In this document: positions 53,560 through 63,803 of the stretch, one piece after another
Position numbering within the stretch: position 1 is the stretch's first letter
Layout of the letters: every line of letters begins with the position of its first letter
Virus record (IMG/VR): IMGVR_UViG_3300032053_000002
Location: 108,752 to 172,751 of that record
DNA: 64,000 nt
Strand: one strand, 5' to 3'
DNA from: a virus
Made by a program: the position numbers and the translations under genes
The notes under the pieces: generated by a model
Told to the model about the DNA's origin: nothing
Seen by the model: only the letters and a program-made list of their open reading frames with translations
Databases searched by the model: none

Positions 53560-54917
53560 TTTAATTCACCCCAAAAGTATCCGTAAGTTTTTTTCATCCA
53601 ATAATTCGTCGCTTGGTTGTTTTCATTGTTTGGTATGGCATTAAACTGATATATCCAACCGCATTTAGTAAAGAGTAAATCTTCGGTCAAAATTTCTTTT
53701 CTATTCATATCTACCATATTGTACGAGTACGGGAGTTGAATGCGCGGAATATTATTCATTTGCAGCAAAAAATTAACTGGAGTCTGGTCGGTTCCTCCGT
53801 GAAACTTTTCCATTTCTTTTAGTGCGTTTTTACTACTCAAATAAAATTGAAGTATATTATCATAAAATTTTTTATGCATTTTATTTACGATAAAAAATCC
53901 TGCATCCATATATTCCCAATAGTTTATCATACTACCACCAAAAATAAACTTGGAATAGTTTTCTATGCTTCTCAAAACCCAATCCCAACTTCCCGCAAAA
54001 TGCGCTCCCGCGAAATCATATTTAGTCATATCAAAAAAATTGGGCGTATCTGGGTGAACTATTGTGTCAGCATCAACCATTAAAATTTGATTATATTTTA
54101 CGCCATTTCCTACCAAAATTTGAAACATATAATATCTTTGCCAACAGATGCCCATTTCCTCGATTGGCATCAGCAAATCTTCTAGCAAAATCACATCCGA
54201 GTTATTTTTCTCCGCCCATTTTTGCCAACTGGCGATAGAATATTTGTACGGTTCGCTACGGCTACTTGACCATCTTCCGTCACCAGATAGTTTTATATTT
54301 AGCATAAAGATTATATCTTTTTTTCTCTTCAATTTGAGAATAACCCCCTCCGGATCATCGGGACGAAACTCCGTTCCTTTTGCAGAAATTAAATCTTTTC
54401 CTAACTCTCCTATGTAGTGAATCGACTCCACCGCTCCAGATTCAACTAACTCGCTTACAACCTGTTTTACTCCGACATTTGGATGCGCATAATCATCAAA
54501 AATAATATATGGGTCATTCAAATTATCAGTAAATCTTTCGACATCATATTTTATGGAACTATAATCGTGCCCCGCATCAATCCAGATTATGCGAACATCG
54601 CTCGGGCATTCAAACGTTTTAGAATATACATCGTCTACATAAAATTCCGTATTAGCGCGATTTTTATTAACTTCTTTTGCAATAGAAATTGCGTTTGGAT
54701 CTTTGTCCACCGCGAAAACCTTTTTAAACAAATGACTTAATATAAAAGTTGAATAGCCATTACTACACCCCAATTCAAGCACTTTTAAACCCCGGCTGCC
54801 AATTTCTTCTTTGGAAAAATATTCGATAAGGTCTTTCTTGAATTTCCGACTAGTCGTATTTTTATCAGTATTTTTATTATGGGGAACCTGGTTTAGCAAT
54901 TCTTCATAATTTATCAT
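53556..54917 (-). CDS. two-domain protein with N-terminal class I SAM-methyltransferase fold, 453 aa
   Basis: VLELGCSNGYSTFILS motif I. Confidence 0.5.
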   Translation of the reverse strand: MINYEELLNQVPHNKNTDKNTTSRKFKKDLIEYFSKEEIGSRGLKVLELGCSNGYSTFILSHLFKKVFAVDKDPNAISIAKEVNKNRANTEFYVDDVYSKTFECPSDVRIIWIDAGHDYSSIKYDVERFTDNLNDPYIIFDDYAHPNVGVKQVVSELVESGAVESIHYIGELGKDLISAKGTEFRPDDPEGVILKLKRKKDIIFMLNIKLSGDGRWSSSRSEPYKYSIASWQKWAEKNNSDVILLEDLLMPIEEMGICWQRYYMFQILVGNGVKYNQILMVDADTIVHPDTPNFFDMTKYDFAGAHFAGSWDWVLRSIENYSKFIFGGSMINYWEYMDAGFFIVNKMHKKFYDNILQFYLSSKNALKEMEKFHGGTDQTPVNFLLQMNNIPRIQLPYSYNMVDMNRKEILTEDLLFTKCGWIYQFNAIPNNENNQATNYWMKKTYGYFWGELK

Positions 54918-55672
54918 AGCAACTCCTCAGGAAAAGATACCATTTCGGCTTTCATAGACTCTTTGATTTCTTTATTTTTTTCGGGTATCAGAGATAAAAA
55001 ATTGTAATAGTTGTTATATCCTGTTTCTGTCCAGGAATACGGGTGACATAACAACTGTAATTTATTTATTTTAGATAAATCTTCTTTTAATGGGTGCCCA
55101 TATTTCCACGAATGATTGCTATCAGAAAAATAATAAACATCTAAATCGATAGGTCTTTCGCCTTCGAAATAACGAAAAAATGGTTTATCAAAAAGATTTA
55201 TCAATTTATTTACTTCAATACGACTTTTTAATAAATCGGGCGTGGGACGATGAAATACGAATCGATCAATAGAAATGTTCAAAAAATGCCCGAGAGTCCA
55301 CGCATCTTGATAAATAAAACCTCTCAAAAGCTCAGGAATAACGATATGGTTTTTCCAATAATCTATATGAACATGCGCACCTAGGTGGTGCCCTAAATCG
55401 TAGATTTTTCTCGCCAATTCTATATTTTTATCTGATAGTGCGTTATAATTATTATTTCGCAATTGTATATTATAAGTCGACTGCACTCCCATTTCTTTTT
55501 CAACTTTCGCAAGTTTGTATGCACGTTTCATTGAAAATTCTATGTCGTGGCGAATAACACAATACTTGTCTAAATTTTTATCAATAACGTCTTTATAGTC
55601 AACGATCGGCAAATATTTTCTGATCGTGTCCATTATAATTGCGTATTCTTTGTAACTAAATTGTTCTACCAT
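54914..55672 (-). CDS. hypothetical protein, 252 aa
   Basis: ORF track. Confidence 0.5.
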   Translation of the reverse strand: MVEQFSYKEYAIIMDTIRKYLPIVDYKDVIDKNLDKYCVIRHDIEFSMKRAYKLAKVEKEMGVQSTYNIQLRNNNYNALSDKNIELARKIYDLGHHLGAHVHIDYWKNHIVIPELLRGFIYQDAWTLGHFLNISIDRFVFHRPTPDLLKSRIEVNKLINLFDKPFFRYFEGERPIDLDVYYFSDSNHSWKYGHPLKEDLSKINKLQLLCHPYSWTETGYNNYYNFLSLIPEKNKEIKESMKAEMVSFPEELL

Positions 55673-55782
55673 TTTTTAAGTCTCCTAATTATCAAATAAA
55701 TTTTTTAATAGTTATATTTTTTCAGTATCTTTATGTGGAGTTTCATCTAATATTTTTTTATTTAGTCGCGAAAACTCTTCCA

Positions 55783-56568
55783 TTATATTCCCCTTTCTAT
55801 GTCGCGAATTCGCGAGAATGGGTTTTTCCAATGAAATAAATAATCATATACATTAAACGGGCATCCCGTTTTATCAAGTAAACTCCCAAATCTAAGTCCT
55901 TGCGCTTCTAGAACACGTTTTGTTCCATCAAACGCGATACAATCATCCCATCTATCAAATTCGAAAACTGCATGAGTTAAATAAGATTTTAAAAAACCGT
56001 CAATAAAATATTTTCCTCGTTCCCCCAAATTGAAAATCATAATATCCGTCTCGGTATAAAGACCAAACAATTTTCTATCTATATGGCAAACATCGAATTT
56101 TTGTACCCACGCTAAAAATTCATCATCGATAGGCTTTTTCCAAAAAACATCTGCGCCTACCCAAATTAAAAAAGGTGTTTTTACCATATTAATAACACTA
56201 TGCAATGCGACTACTTTTCTAAACCAAAATATTGCGTTTCTTTTCCAATAATGAGGTGGATCAAAAGTGGATGGGGTTCCGAATGTATGGCAATATTTAA
56301 AAGGGCTATTAGATAAAAAATCGGGCAGCCACGGATTCAACTCAAATAAATCGTATACGTGAAGCTTATCCCAATTTTCCTTAATTATTACCTCTTCCCT
56401 CCCTCGTTCTTTTTCAAATTTATTTTCATGAAATACAAAAAAATCCATATCAGGATAAGTATCTAACATACTTTTTACTATCATACAATATTCATTTTCG
56501 TATAATCGTTTATTAAAAGTTGTTCCGACAGTAAAAAGTTCTTCTATGGAAAGTTCTTCCGTAATCAT
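55783..56568 (-). CDS. hypothetical protein, 261 aa
   Basis: ORF track. Confidence 0.5.
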   Translation of the reverse strand: MITEELSIEELFTVGTTFNKRLYENEYCMIVKSMLDTYPDMDFFVFHENKFEKERGREEVIIKENWDKLHVYDLFELNPWLPDFLSNSPFKYCHTFGTPSTFDPPHYWKRNAIFWFRKVVALHSVINMVKTPFLIWVGADVFWKKPIDDEFLAWVQKFDVCHIDRKLFGLYTETDIMIFNLGERGKYFIDGFLKSYLTHAVFEFDRWDDCIAFDGTKRVLEAQGLRFGSLLDKTGCPFNVYDYLFHWKNPFSRIRDIERGI

Positions 56569-56592
56569 CTCGAATTTTCCTCCTTATTATTT

Positions 56593-57510
56593 TTATCCCA
56601 TGCCTAAATTGTAAAAGTTTTCAAAATACCATTCATACGTTTTTCTCAACCCGTTTTCCAACGAAGTAAACGAATATTCATATCCTAACAAACTATTTAA
56701 TTCGCCGTTATCTCCATCTTTTCTATATTGCCCATCAAGTTTCCCATTGAATTTTATATGTAGATGTTTACCGCTAATTTTTAATACCATGTCAATATAT
56801 TCTTTAATACTGATATTTTCTTTTGGCGCAACTATTATCGGAATATCATTGTGATGTTTTTCCAACAGAATAGGAATAATATTAGCCAAATCGTCTACAT
56901 ATAATTCTTGTCTTAATGGATTTCCAGTACCAAAAAATTCTATCGTGTCCCCATTACGTGCATGCACAACTTTTCTAATAAGAACGGATGTAAAATGCGA
57001 GGTTTCCAGATCAAAATTGCTTCCCGGCCCATATAAATTTGACGGTACGAAAGTACAATAATCCATGCCATATTGTTTTCTACACGCATTAATGTGAACG
57101 ATCAGCATTCTCTTCGCATATCCATAGCCTAAATTTGTTTCAGCTGGAGCCCCTTCATGCAAATCTCTTTCAGCCATTGGATATTTTGGAAGAACATCTG
57201 GAAAAGAACAAACACTAGACGCCGCAATAAGTCTTTTAATTTTCATTTCAAGCGCGGCTTTAACAACATTAGTATTGATCATAATGTTCTCATAATAAAA
57301 CGTTTCTGGAAAACTACTATTTGCTTTAATCCCCCCAACGCGTGCGGCTAAATGAATAATTGCGTCCGGATTATAATATTCTACCATATCACGTGTGTCT
57401 TTAAAATCAATAAGATTGTTGTGTTCGTTTCCAACGTATATCCATTCGGGTTTAACCTTACGTAACGCACTTCCTACAAATCCAGTACCACCGGTGACTA
57501 ATATTTTCAT
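56593..57510 (-). CDS. GDP-L-fucose synthase-like (GDP-4-keto-6-deoxymannose 3,5-epimerase/4-reductase)
   Basis: 305 aa; MKILVTGGTGFVGSAL; HLAARVGGIKANS; SNLYGPGSNFDLETSHF..VLIRK matches Fcl/WcaG signature. Confidence 0.75.
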   Translation of the reverse strand: MKILVTGGTGFVGSALRKVKPEWIYVGNEHNNLIDFKDTRDMVEYYNPDAIIHLAARVGGIKANSSFPETFYYENIMINTNVVKAALEMKIKRLIAASSVCSFPDVLPKYPMAERDLHEGAPAETNLGYGYAKRMLIVHINACRKQYGMDYCTFVPSNLYGPGSNFDLETSHFTSVLIRKVVHARNGDTIEFFGTGNPLRQELYVDDLANIIPILLEKHHNDIPIIVAPKENISIKEYIDMVLKISGKHLHIKFNGKLDGQYRKDGDNGELNSLLGYEYSFTSLENGLRKTYEWYFENFYNLGMG

Positions 57511-57514
57511 AATA

Positions 57515-57937
57515 TCACTCCCAACTTATTTCCCAATCTTTAAATTCTGCGGCTATACAATCTATTTTATAATCTTTTCTACCGCCAATTATATTTTGTA
57601 TTTTATTTTTCGCCGTGTTTCTGATACCATTCAGACCATGAGTTAATCCAAGATTTCCGTTTCCGGTACCCGCACGATATTCGGTTTCGTTATGCCAGAT
57701 ATGCAAGTTCATCTGCGACAAAACAACAATAGCACGAATGACATCTGCATTCATATCCGGATCATTTTCTGCTAATATCAAATCTATATCATGCATTATA
57801 TCCTTGATCTCTTGAGCATATTCTTCTTTGTGTTCTGGAATAAAAACTTCTTTCAGTTGTATAATGGATAATCTATCTATCAATTCTGCAAATGTGGGAA
57901 GATAACGTCTTCCATTATTTTCTATGCCCATTTTCAT
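57515..57937 (-). CDS. hypothetical protein, 140 aa
   Basis: ORF track. Confidence 0.45.
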   Translation of the reverse strand: MKMGIENNGRRYLPTFAELIDRLSIIQLKEVFIPEHKEEYAQEIKDIMHDIDLILAENDPDMNADVIRAIVVLSQMNLHIWHNETEYRAGTGNGNLGLTHGLNGIRNTAKNKIQNIIGGRKDYKIDCIAAEFKDWEISWE

Positions 57938-58682
57938 TTCTCCACTTTATAAGTTTCTGAATGTCTTCTTCTATTCTCTGTTTACCTTCCCCGTGATCTA
58001 ACCAGTACTTAGCAGGGACTTTTACTTTTGTAGAATATCCTCCAGCACCATCGTCGGGTAATCCAAAAATTAATTTTTTCGCTCCACCATCATCATAATA
58101 ATCCATTTCGCCTTTTCCTCTTTGTAAGTGGAGCATTTTCATATTAGCATTTAATGGAAGAATACCCGCGCCAATTCCCACCAATTTTAAATAGCCATCC
58201 GTTGCTCTACTTCCACTAACCCTTCCAATGATTTCGTACCATTTTCTATTTATTCCAACAAAAGTCGGAGTCCCCTTCCAAATTTCGTTTAGCGGAACGC
58301 TCGCAATCCAAAATGGCTGCCCTTTGACCGGAGCAACAGCGTTTCTAAGATTGGTATCCCACCCCCCTTCTATACAAATTAGATCGTCGTTAAAAATAAA
58401 TAAACATTCTCCGGTAAACAATTCTCCCGCCTTATTTTGGTATTGTTCTAATTCCCCGTACCCGTATCGTTTGTCCATAACAAAACAAAACAATTGCGCA
58501 TCATTCGCATAACACATTGGCGAAATTTTAGTCAACGCGTCTTCGGTTTCCTTATCGTCGGGGTCTAATGCAAAAAAATACTCGATATTTTTATTATCAT
58601 CCGCATTTTGAATAAATGACGAAAGAGAATATACCAATTCGTGCGAACGTTTTCTTGTTATCCACACCACACTAATTTTCAT
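57915..58682 (-). CDS. hypothetical protein (possible GT-A glycosyltransferase, DPDD), 255 aa
   Basis: ORF track. Confidence 0.45.
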   Translation of the reverse strand: MKISVVWITRKRSHELVYSLSSFIQNADDNKNIEYFFALDPDDKETEDALTKISPMCYANDAQLFCFVMDKRYGYGELEQYQNKAGELFTGECLFIFNDDLICIEGGWDTNLRNAVAPVKGQPFWIASVPLNEIWKGTPTFVGINRKWYEIIGRVSGSRATDGYLKLVGIGAGILPLNANMKMLHLQRGKGEMDYYDDGGAKKLIFGLPDDGAGGYSTKVKVPAKYWLDHGEGKQRIEEDIQKLIKWRNENGHRK

Positions 58683-58683
58683 T

Positions 58684-59721
58684 TTATCTCCAATATTGAT
58701 ATAATCCTTTTTCTATTTCGTAGTTTTCCCATTTATATACTGGGCGATTTGGTTGTATTTTGGCCCACTCCCACATTTTTTCCAACCCCTCTTTCAATCC
58801 AATCTTATGTTCGAACCCGAGAAAATCAATAGATTTTTGATAAGTCGAAAACGCATTTTGAACTTCGTGACGACACTCAAGAAATTTCATTTCACCTTTA
58901 CCGGCAACATCAATTAAAGTTTTAGCCGCATCAAGAATAGTAATTGACTCAAATCCTCCAAGATTTATAATTTCATCAGTCGATTTTTTGTCGATAGCAT
59001 TCCACAAAGGTTCTAAAATATCGTCGACAAAAGTGAATGCTCGGCGTTGTTCACCGTTACCGTATATAGAAATCGGTTCATTATTTAAAATTTGTCTTAC
59101 CCAAATTCCGAGAACATTCCGATATTTATCCCATATATTTTGGTTAATACCATAAACATTATGAGGGCGAATAATCGTATACTCTAACCCATGTTGGGCG
59201 TACGCCACTTGTAAGTCTAATTCACACGCAAGTTTTGAAATGCCGTACGGGTCGATTGGTTTTGGAACATCACGCTCATCAAATGGCACTTCGCCGTGTC
59301 CATATACAGCTAAAGAAGATGTGAAAATAAACTTCTTAACGTTATATTTAATCGCCATATTGATCAATCGTACTGTCGCAATTAAATTTGTTTCATAATT
59401 AAAGTGCCGTATAAATGGCGACAATCCTTCGGCAGCATATGCGGCGAAATGATATACATAATCAATTTTATGGTTTATAAAGATATTTTCAACATTGTCG
59501 TGAACCAGATTCATTTTTTGAAAATAAACACCCTGAGGAATATGTTCCAAATATCCGCCGCTTAAATCATCGATTCCGATAATCATAACATCTTTTTTAT
59601 TTTCAAGAACCCAGTGACAAAATCGCGACCCGATCATTCCTGCGCATCCCGTTACTAAAATTATCATGTACTTCTCCTTAAATTTATAATACACCTCTCC
59701 AATATTCCAGCAAATCATCAC
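58684..59721 (-). CDS. NAD-dependent epimerase/dehydratase (extended SDR)
   Basis: 345 aa; ILVTGCAGMIGSRF; YGISKLACE (YxxxK). Confidence 0.75.
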   Translation of the reverse strand: MMICWNIGEVYYKFKEKYMIILVTGCAGMIGSRFCHWVLENKKDVMIIGIDDLSGGYLEHIPQGVYFQKMNLVHDNVENIFINHKIDYVYHFAAYAAEGLSPFIRHFNYETNLIATVRLINMAIKYNVKKFIFTSSLAVYGHGEVPFDERDVPKPIDPYGISKLACELDLQVAYAQHGLEYTIIRPHNVYGINQNIWDKYRNVLGIWVRQILNNEPISIYGNGEQRRAFTFVDDILEPLWNAIDKKSTDEIINLGGFESITILDAAKTLIDVAGKGEMKFLECRHEVQNAFSTYQKSIDFLGFEHKIGLKEGLEKMWEWAKIQPNRPVYKWENYEIEKGLYQYWR

Positions 59722-60673
59722 AGATATGAGTTAAACTCTTTTTAGGTTTCCAACCAAACTCATTTCTAAACTTTGAGCTGTCGGGAATCTGTAAAGTAAT
59801 ATCAGTTGGTCTAATTCTGTCGGGATTTAGTTGTTTGTAAAAAGCGTCTGGATATTTAGACATGGAAATTAGCATATCTAAAGCATCGCCAACAGTACAA
59901 GTATAATCCCCTCCGATATTGTATACTTCGCCAAACTTTTTTGCAGAAGAACATAACCAATATGCTTCAACCGCATCTTCAATATGATTATACGTCCTAA
60001 CGGAGTTTAAGTTCCCGTGCTCTATTGAATATAATCCGATTGGAAAATCTTTTGATTTTTCATGCGCGACTATTTGATGCGCAAAAGAAGATAGTGCGAA
60101 TTGTTTGCTGCGTCTTGCTCCCTCGTGACTAAACATTCTCGTAATAATAACCTTCATGCCATACGCCGAATGATAATATTGTGACATCAAATCATGCCCG
60201 ACTTTGGAAATTGAATAAGGATTCGCCGCTCGAATCGGATTTTTTTCTGTAATCGGAACTTCGTCTTTGGTAGGATTTCCATAGACTTCAGAAGAAGATA
60301 CACTAACTATTATTGGATTACACCATCCCGCTTCTTTAAAGTTTTTTAGTTCTTCCATAAGATTTGTCGTACCAAGCACATTTGTTGTCAAAGTCATTAT
60401 CGGAGTTAAGAAACTCGTTTCAGGAAAACTTTGCGCGGCAAAATGATAAACAATATCTGGTAAAGATGCTTTAATAGCTCTAAATAAACTTCCTCTGTCT
60501 GTTAAGTCGGCTTCGAGAAACTTTACTCTCATATCAGAATAGAAATGTTTTATATTATCATCTCTACTTCTCCATCGTCTTATCGCATATATTTGTATAT
60601 TTTCTTTTTTCAGAAGATAGTCCACCATGTGACTACCGACAAATCCCGTGCAACCTGTAAGTAAAACTTTCAT
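59684..60673 (-). CDS. NAD-dependent epimerase/dehydratase (extended SDR)
   Basis: 329 aa; MKVLLTGCTGFVGSHM; YSISKVGHD. Confidence 0.75.
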   Translation of the reverse strand: MKVLLTGCTGFVGSHMVDYLLKKENIQIYAIRRWRSRDDNIKHFYSDMRVKFLEADLTDRGSLFRAIKASLPDIVYHFAAQSFPETSFLTPIMTLTTNVLGTTNLMEELKNFKEAGWCNPIIVSVSSSEVYGNPTKDEVPITEKNPIRAANPYSISKVGHDLMSQYYHSAYGMKVIITRMFSHEGARRSKQFALSSFAHQIVAHEKSKDFPIGLYSIEHGNLNSVRTYNHIEDAVEAYWLCSSAKKFGEVYNIGGDYTCTVGDALDMLISMSKYPDAFYKQLNPDRIRPTDITLQIPDSSKFRNEFGWKPKKSLTHICDDLLEYWRGVL

Positions 60674-60873
60674 AAACTTTCTCCCGTTTTTATATCATAT
60701 ACCGGCAACTTGCTCGTATGTTTTTTCTCATACGCATAAATAAACGCGGACGAACTTTTGCGATATATATTCTGCGAACGACAATTTGGGCATTCAATAA
60801 AAGATTCATAATCCGTATCAACCCATTGTGTATCGCAATCTTCACACCACATTTCTTCAACATTTGTATTCAT
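60670..60873 (-). CDS. zinc-ribbon protein, 67 aa
   Basis: CEDCDTQ...CPNCRSQ. Confidence 0.45.
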   Translation of the reverse strand: MNTNVEEMWCEDCDTQWVDTDYESFIECPNCRSQNIYRKSSSAFIYAYEKKHTSKLPVYDIKTGESL

Positions 60874-61819
60874 TTTTATACCATTTCAGAGTTTTCTTTA
60901 TTCCTTCGTCTATACCGGTTTTCGCCGACCAGCCTAATAAATCTTTCGCCTTTGAGCAATCTAAATATAAAGATGTTGGAATTGTTGGTTTTGATAGATC
61001 ATGCGTTACCTTTAATTGTTTCCCAGAGTGTTGAATTATTTTATTTACCAGGTCTATTATTTTAACAGCTTTACCCACCCCAACATTAAATAGTTCATAA
61101 TTAGATTTTTGGTTTTCTAGCGACAAATCTATAAAATCTATTAAATCGTCTACATATAATAAATCTCTCGCCTCTTCACCGGTTCCCCAAACAACCAACT
61201 CTCCAGTTTTATTTGTCATTACTTTAGTAATTGTGGCGCCGAAAACATGGCTTTTTTCTAAATCATATTTATCGTACGGCCCGTACACATTCGAATGGCG
61301 AATTACTGTATGTTTGGTTCTTCCCAACCTCGAATAAAACTCACACATTTTTTCAATATAAACTTTTGTATTGCCTACACCAAAATAAGTTTTGTATATC
61401 TCGTCGTTACCGTTAAAATCCGTTTCCTTTAATGCTTTATCAGATGGTTGATACATAACAGTGCAACTTGGAAATATAATATGTTCTATCTTTTGTTCGT
61501 AGCATTCTCTTAAAATATAACTATTCATGACCGCATTATCAGTAACGTGAACGTATGGTTGATTGACTATATCGTTAGCACCAGACGTTGTTGCGGCGAA
61601 CTGAAGTACAATATCAACATCTTTCAGTGCGTCTTTAACATCTACGGGATTTCTCAAATCGCACCAAACCCATTCAGCATTTCGATATTCTCTCGCCAAA
61701 AATAATGACCACACGGAAAGAAATGGTATTCTAATTTTGTATTTTCCACTTTTGTAATAATGATTTAATAAATTTCTGCCTATAAAACCAGATGCTCCGC
61801 AAATTAAAATTCTTTTCAT
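60857..61819 (-). CDS. NAD-dependent epimerase/reductase, GDP-fucose-synthase-like
   Basis: 320 aa; MKRILICGASGFIGRNL; SNVYGPYDKYDLEKSHV. Confidence 0.7.
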   Translation of the reverse strand: MKRILICGASGFIGRNLLNHYYKSGKYKIRIPFLSVWSLFLAREYRNAEWVWCDLRNPVDVKDALKDVDIVLQFAATTSGANDIVNQPYVHVTDNAVMNSYILRECYEQKIEHIIFPSCTVMYQPSDKALKETDFNGNDEIYKTYFGVGNTKVYIEKMCEFYSRLGRTKHTVIRHSNVYGPYDKYDLEKSHVFGATITKVMTNKTGELVVWGTGEEARDLLYVDDLIDFIDLSLENQKSNYELFNVGVGKAVKIIDLVNKIIQHSGKQLKVTHDLSKPTIPTSLYLDCSKAKDLLGWSAKTGIDEGIKKTLKWYKNEYKC

Positions 61820-61820
61820 T

Positions 61821-62006
61821 TTAACCCCTTCTCATTAAAAATCGTTTTGACACGATTGCTACAATTGCCAATGTTAATGTTATTAAAAAAGAAATACTCA
61901 TAACGTATATTATTGAATGAGTACCTTTTCCAGATAAGCAAACCAGAAAATAGTATACCCACGTTCCGACCACAACAAGAGTAAAATTTTTCCAACTCGG
62001 TTTCAT
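61821..62006 (-). CDS. small membrane protein, 61 aa
   Basis: ORF track. Confidence 0.4.
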   Translation of the reverse strand: MKPSWKNFTLVVVGTWVYYFLVCLSGKGTHSIIYVMSISFLITLTLAIVAIVSKRFLMRRG

Positions 62007-62009
62007 TTT

Positions 62010-62783
62010 TTAACTTCCTCCCAAATAATCATCAATTGCTTGCCATGATGTTTTTCCTGTATAAATTGGATTTGGAAATGTTTCTGGAGTAATATATGTA
62101 AAGTCGCCAAATTCAACATCGAAACCATAGTGATATTTAATATCTTTCAATTTAACATTTCCCGTAGTAACAAAATCATAAATTCCCTGTAAATCGTAAC
62201 ATTGTTCGCTCATAAAAAATTTCAAAAGATAATCATAGCAAACATAATTAAAGGTCGATTCTTCAGATAAAGTTATTTTTTCTCCTATAATCATTTTCGT
62301 GAAATGATTTTCTCTCATTCCTTTGCCAATTAATGCTGAACATCTCAATATCAATGAATTTGGGTATTGTTTAACAATCGATTCGGTGAATCTTTTAAAC
62401 ATACTGTAAAGATTTTCTTGTAAAGCGAACCAATATACATCAATAGATGAAATATAAATAAACTTACCATACTTCATGTTTAGCAATCTTTGGGTTAGTA
62501 AAATGTTATCATCGATATATTTGTAGTAGTCAGTTATTTTTTTTTCCTTATTGAAAGCACAATGAATAACAGTATCATATTCTTTATTTTTTATGTCGTC
62601 AAAATTATGTCTATTCAATCCAACAGAGTTATTTAAATTTTCATATAAATATTTACCTAGACCGCTACCAACACCTGTAATCAAATATTTCTTTATCATT
62701 TTAATTTCCTTTCTTTTGGTAAGAAAGGGTACGCTCCAATTTTCCACCATATAAACACCGCTATTAAAAATAGAGAAATCCAA
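62010..62783 (-). CDS. Rossmann-fold NAD(P)-binding protein (SDR-like), 257 aa
   Basis: ITGVGSGLGKYL glycine-rich loop. Confidence 0.5.
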   Translation of the reverse strand: MDFSIFNSGVYMVENWSVPFLTKRKEIKMIKKYLITGVGSGLGKYLYENLNNSVGLNRHNFDDIKNKEYDTVIHCAFNKEKKITDYYKYIDDNILLTQRLLNMKYGKFIYISSIDVYWFALQENLYSMFKRFTESIVKQYPNSLILRCSALIGKGMRENHFTKMIIGEKITLSEESTFNYVCYDYLLKFFMSEQCYDLQGIYDFVTTGNVKLKDIKYHYGFDVEFGDFTYITPETFPNPIYTGKTSWQAIDDYLGGS

Positions 62784-62807
62784 AACACTAAAAATACAAT
62801 ATTCATA

Positions 62808-63803
62808 TTATTTAACTCCCTTCTTAAAAGCATTATATCTTTTATCAACAATATCTTTATTTTCTAAATACCATTTTATTGTATCTTTTATGCCTTCTTC
62901 AATTGAAATAAATGGCTCGAATCCATATGAACGAATGCGACCTGTATCGAATAGTCTTTCTAAATCTCCGGTAGGCTTGTCGCTCAACCATTTTATCGGT
63001 TTGTTAAATTCTTTCGCCACAATCTCGGCGACTTCCTTAATCGCTACCCCAAATCCACTTCCCAGATTAACTGGTTGAGTTATACCGCTTTCAACTGCTA
63101 ATATCATTCCCCTGGCGACATCATCGGCGTGTATAAAATCTCTAATGGGGCTTCCGTCTCCCCAAACTTCCAACATATCATTTTCATCGGCTTTTCGTAT
63201 TAGTGAAGGTATAACCATAGCATTTTCTGGATCGAAGTTATCATATCGCCCATAAACATTCGCGGGTCTGACAATAGATACTTTATTCCAATTATATTGT
63301 ATGGAATATGCTTCCGCTTGTAACTCTCCCATCCGTTTCGCCCAACCTGCAAACCTATCATTAGGCGATGGAAATGTTTTCCACACATCGTCTTCTCTAA
63401 ATAACTTAGCAGGAGAATACACACCAACAGAACTTGTATACAGATACCATTCTACATCTGCAAGTCTCGCCGCTTCCATCATGTTTGTGTTGAATTGCAG
63501 CATGGGAACAAAAAAACTTGCGGGTTGTTCCGCACACATTTTCGGAGAACCTTTTACGCCAACTAAATTAAATACGTAATCCATTCTTTCGCAAATAGCG
63601 CGGCAATCTTCAAAATTTCTTAAATCGGCATAAACGTATACGGCATCCAACCCTTCAGGATATGTCAAATCCGCCACTTCCACATCCGCTCCGCAAATCT
63701 TTAACCTCTCGACCAATGAGCGGCCTATCATTCCACTACCACCAGTAACTAAAACTTTTTTATTTTCTAAATTATTTTGTAGCATAACATTCTCCATACT
63801 CAA
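62808..63803 (-). CDS. GDP-L-fucose synthase-like NAD-dependent epimerase/reductase
   Basis: 331 aa; KVLVTGGSGMIGRSL; ANVYGRYDNFDPENAMVIPSLIRK. Confidence 0.75.
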   Translation of the reverse strand: MSMENVMLQNNLENKKVLVTGGSGMIGRSLVERLKICGADVEVADLTYPEGLDAVYVYADLRNFEDCRAICERMDYVFNLVGVKGSPKMCAEQPASFFVPMLQFNTNMMEAARLADVEWYLYTSSVGVYSPAKLFREDDVWKTFPSPNDRFAGWAKRMGELQAEAYSIQYNWNKVSIVRPANVYGRYDNFDPENAMVIPSLIRKADENDMLEVWGDGSPIRDFIHADDVARGMILAVESGITQPVNLGSGFGVAIKEVAEIVAKEFNKPIKWLSDKPTGDLERLFDTGRIRSYGFEPFISIEEGIKDTIKWYLENKDIVDKRYNAFKKGVK

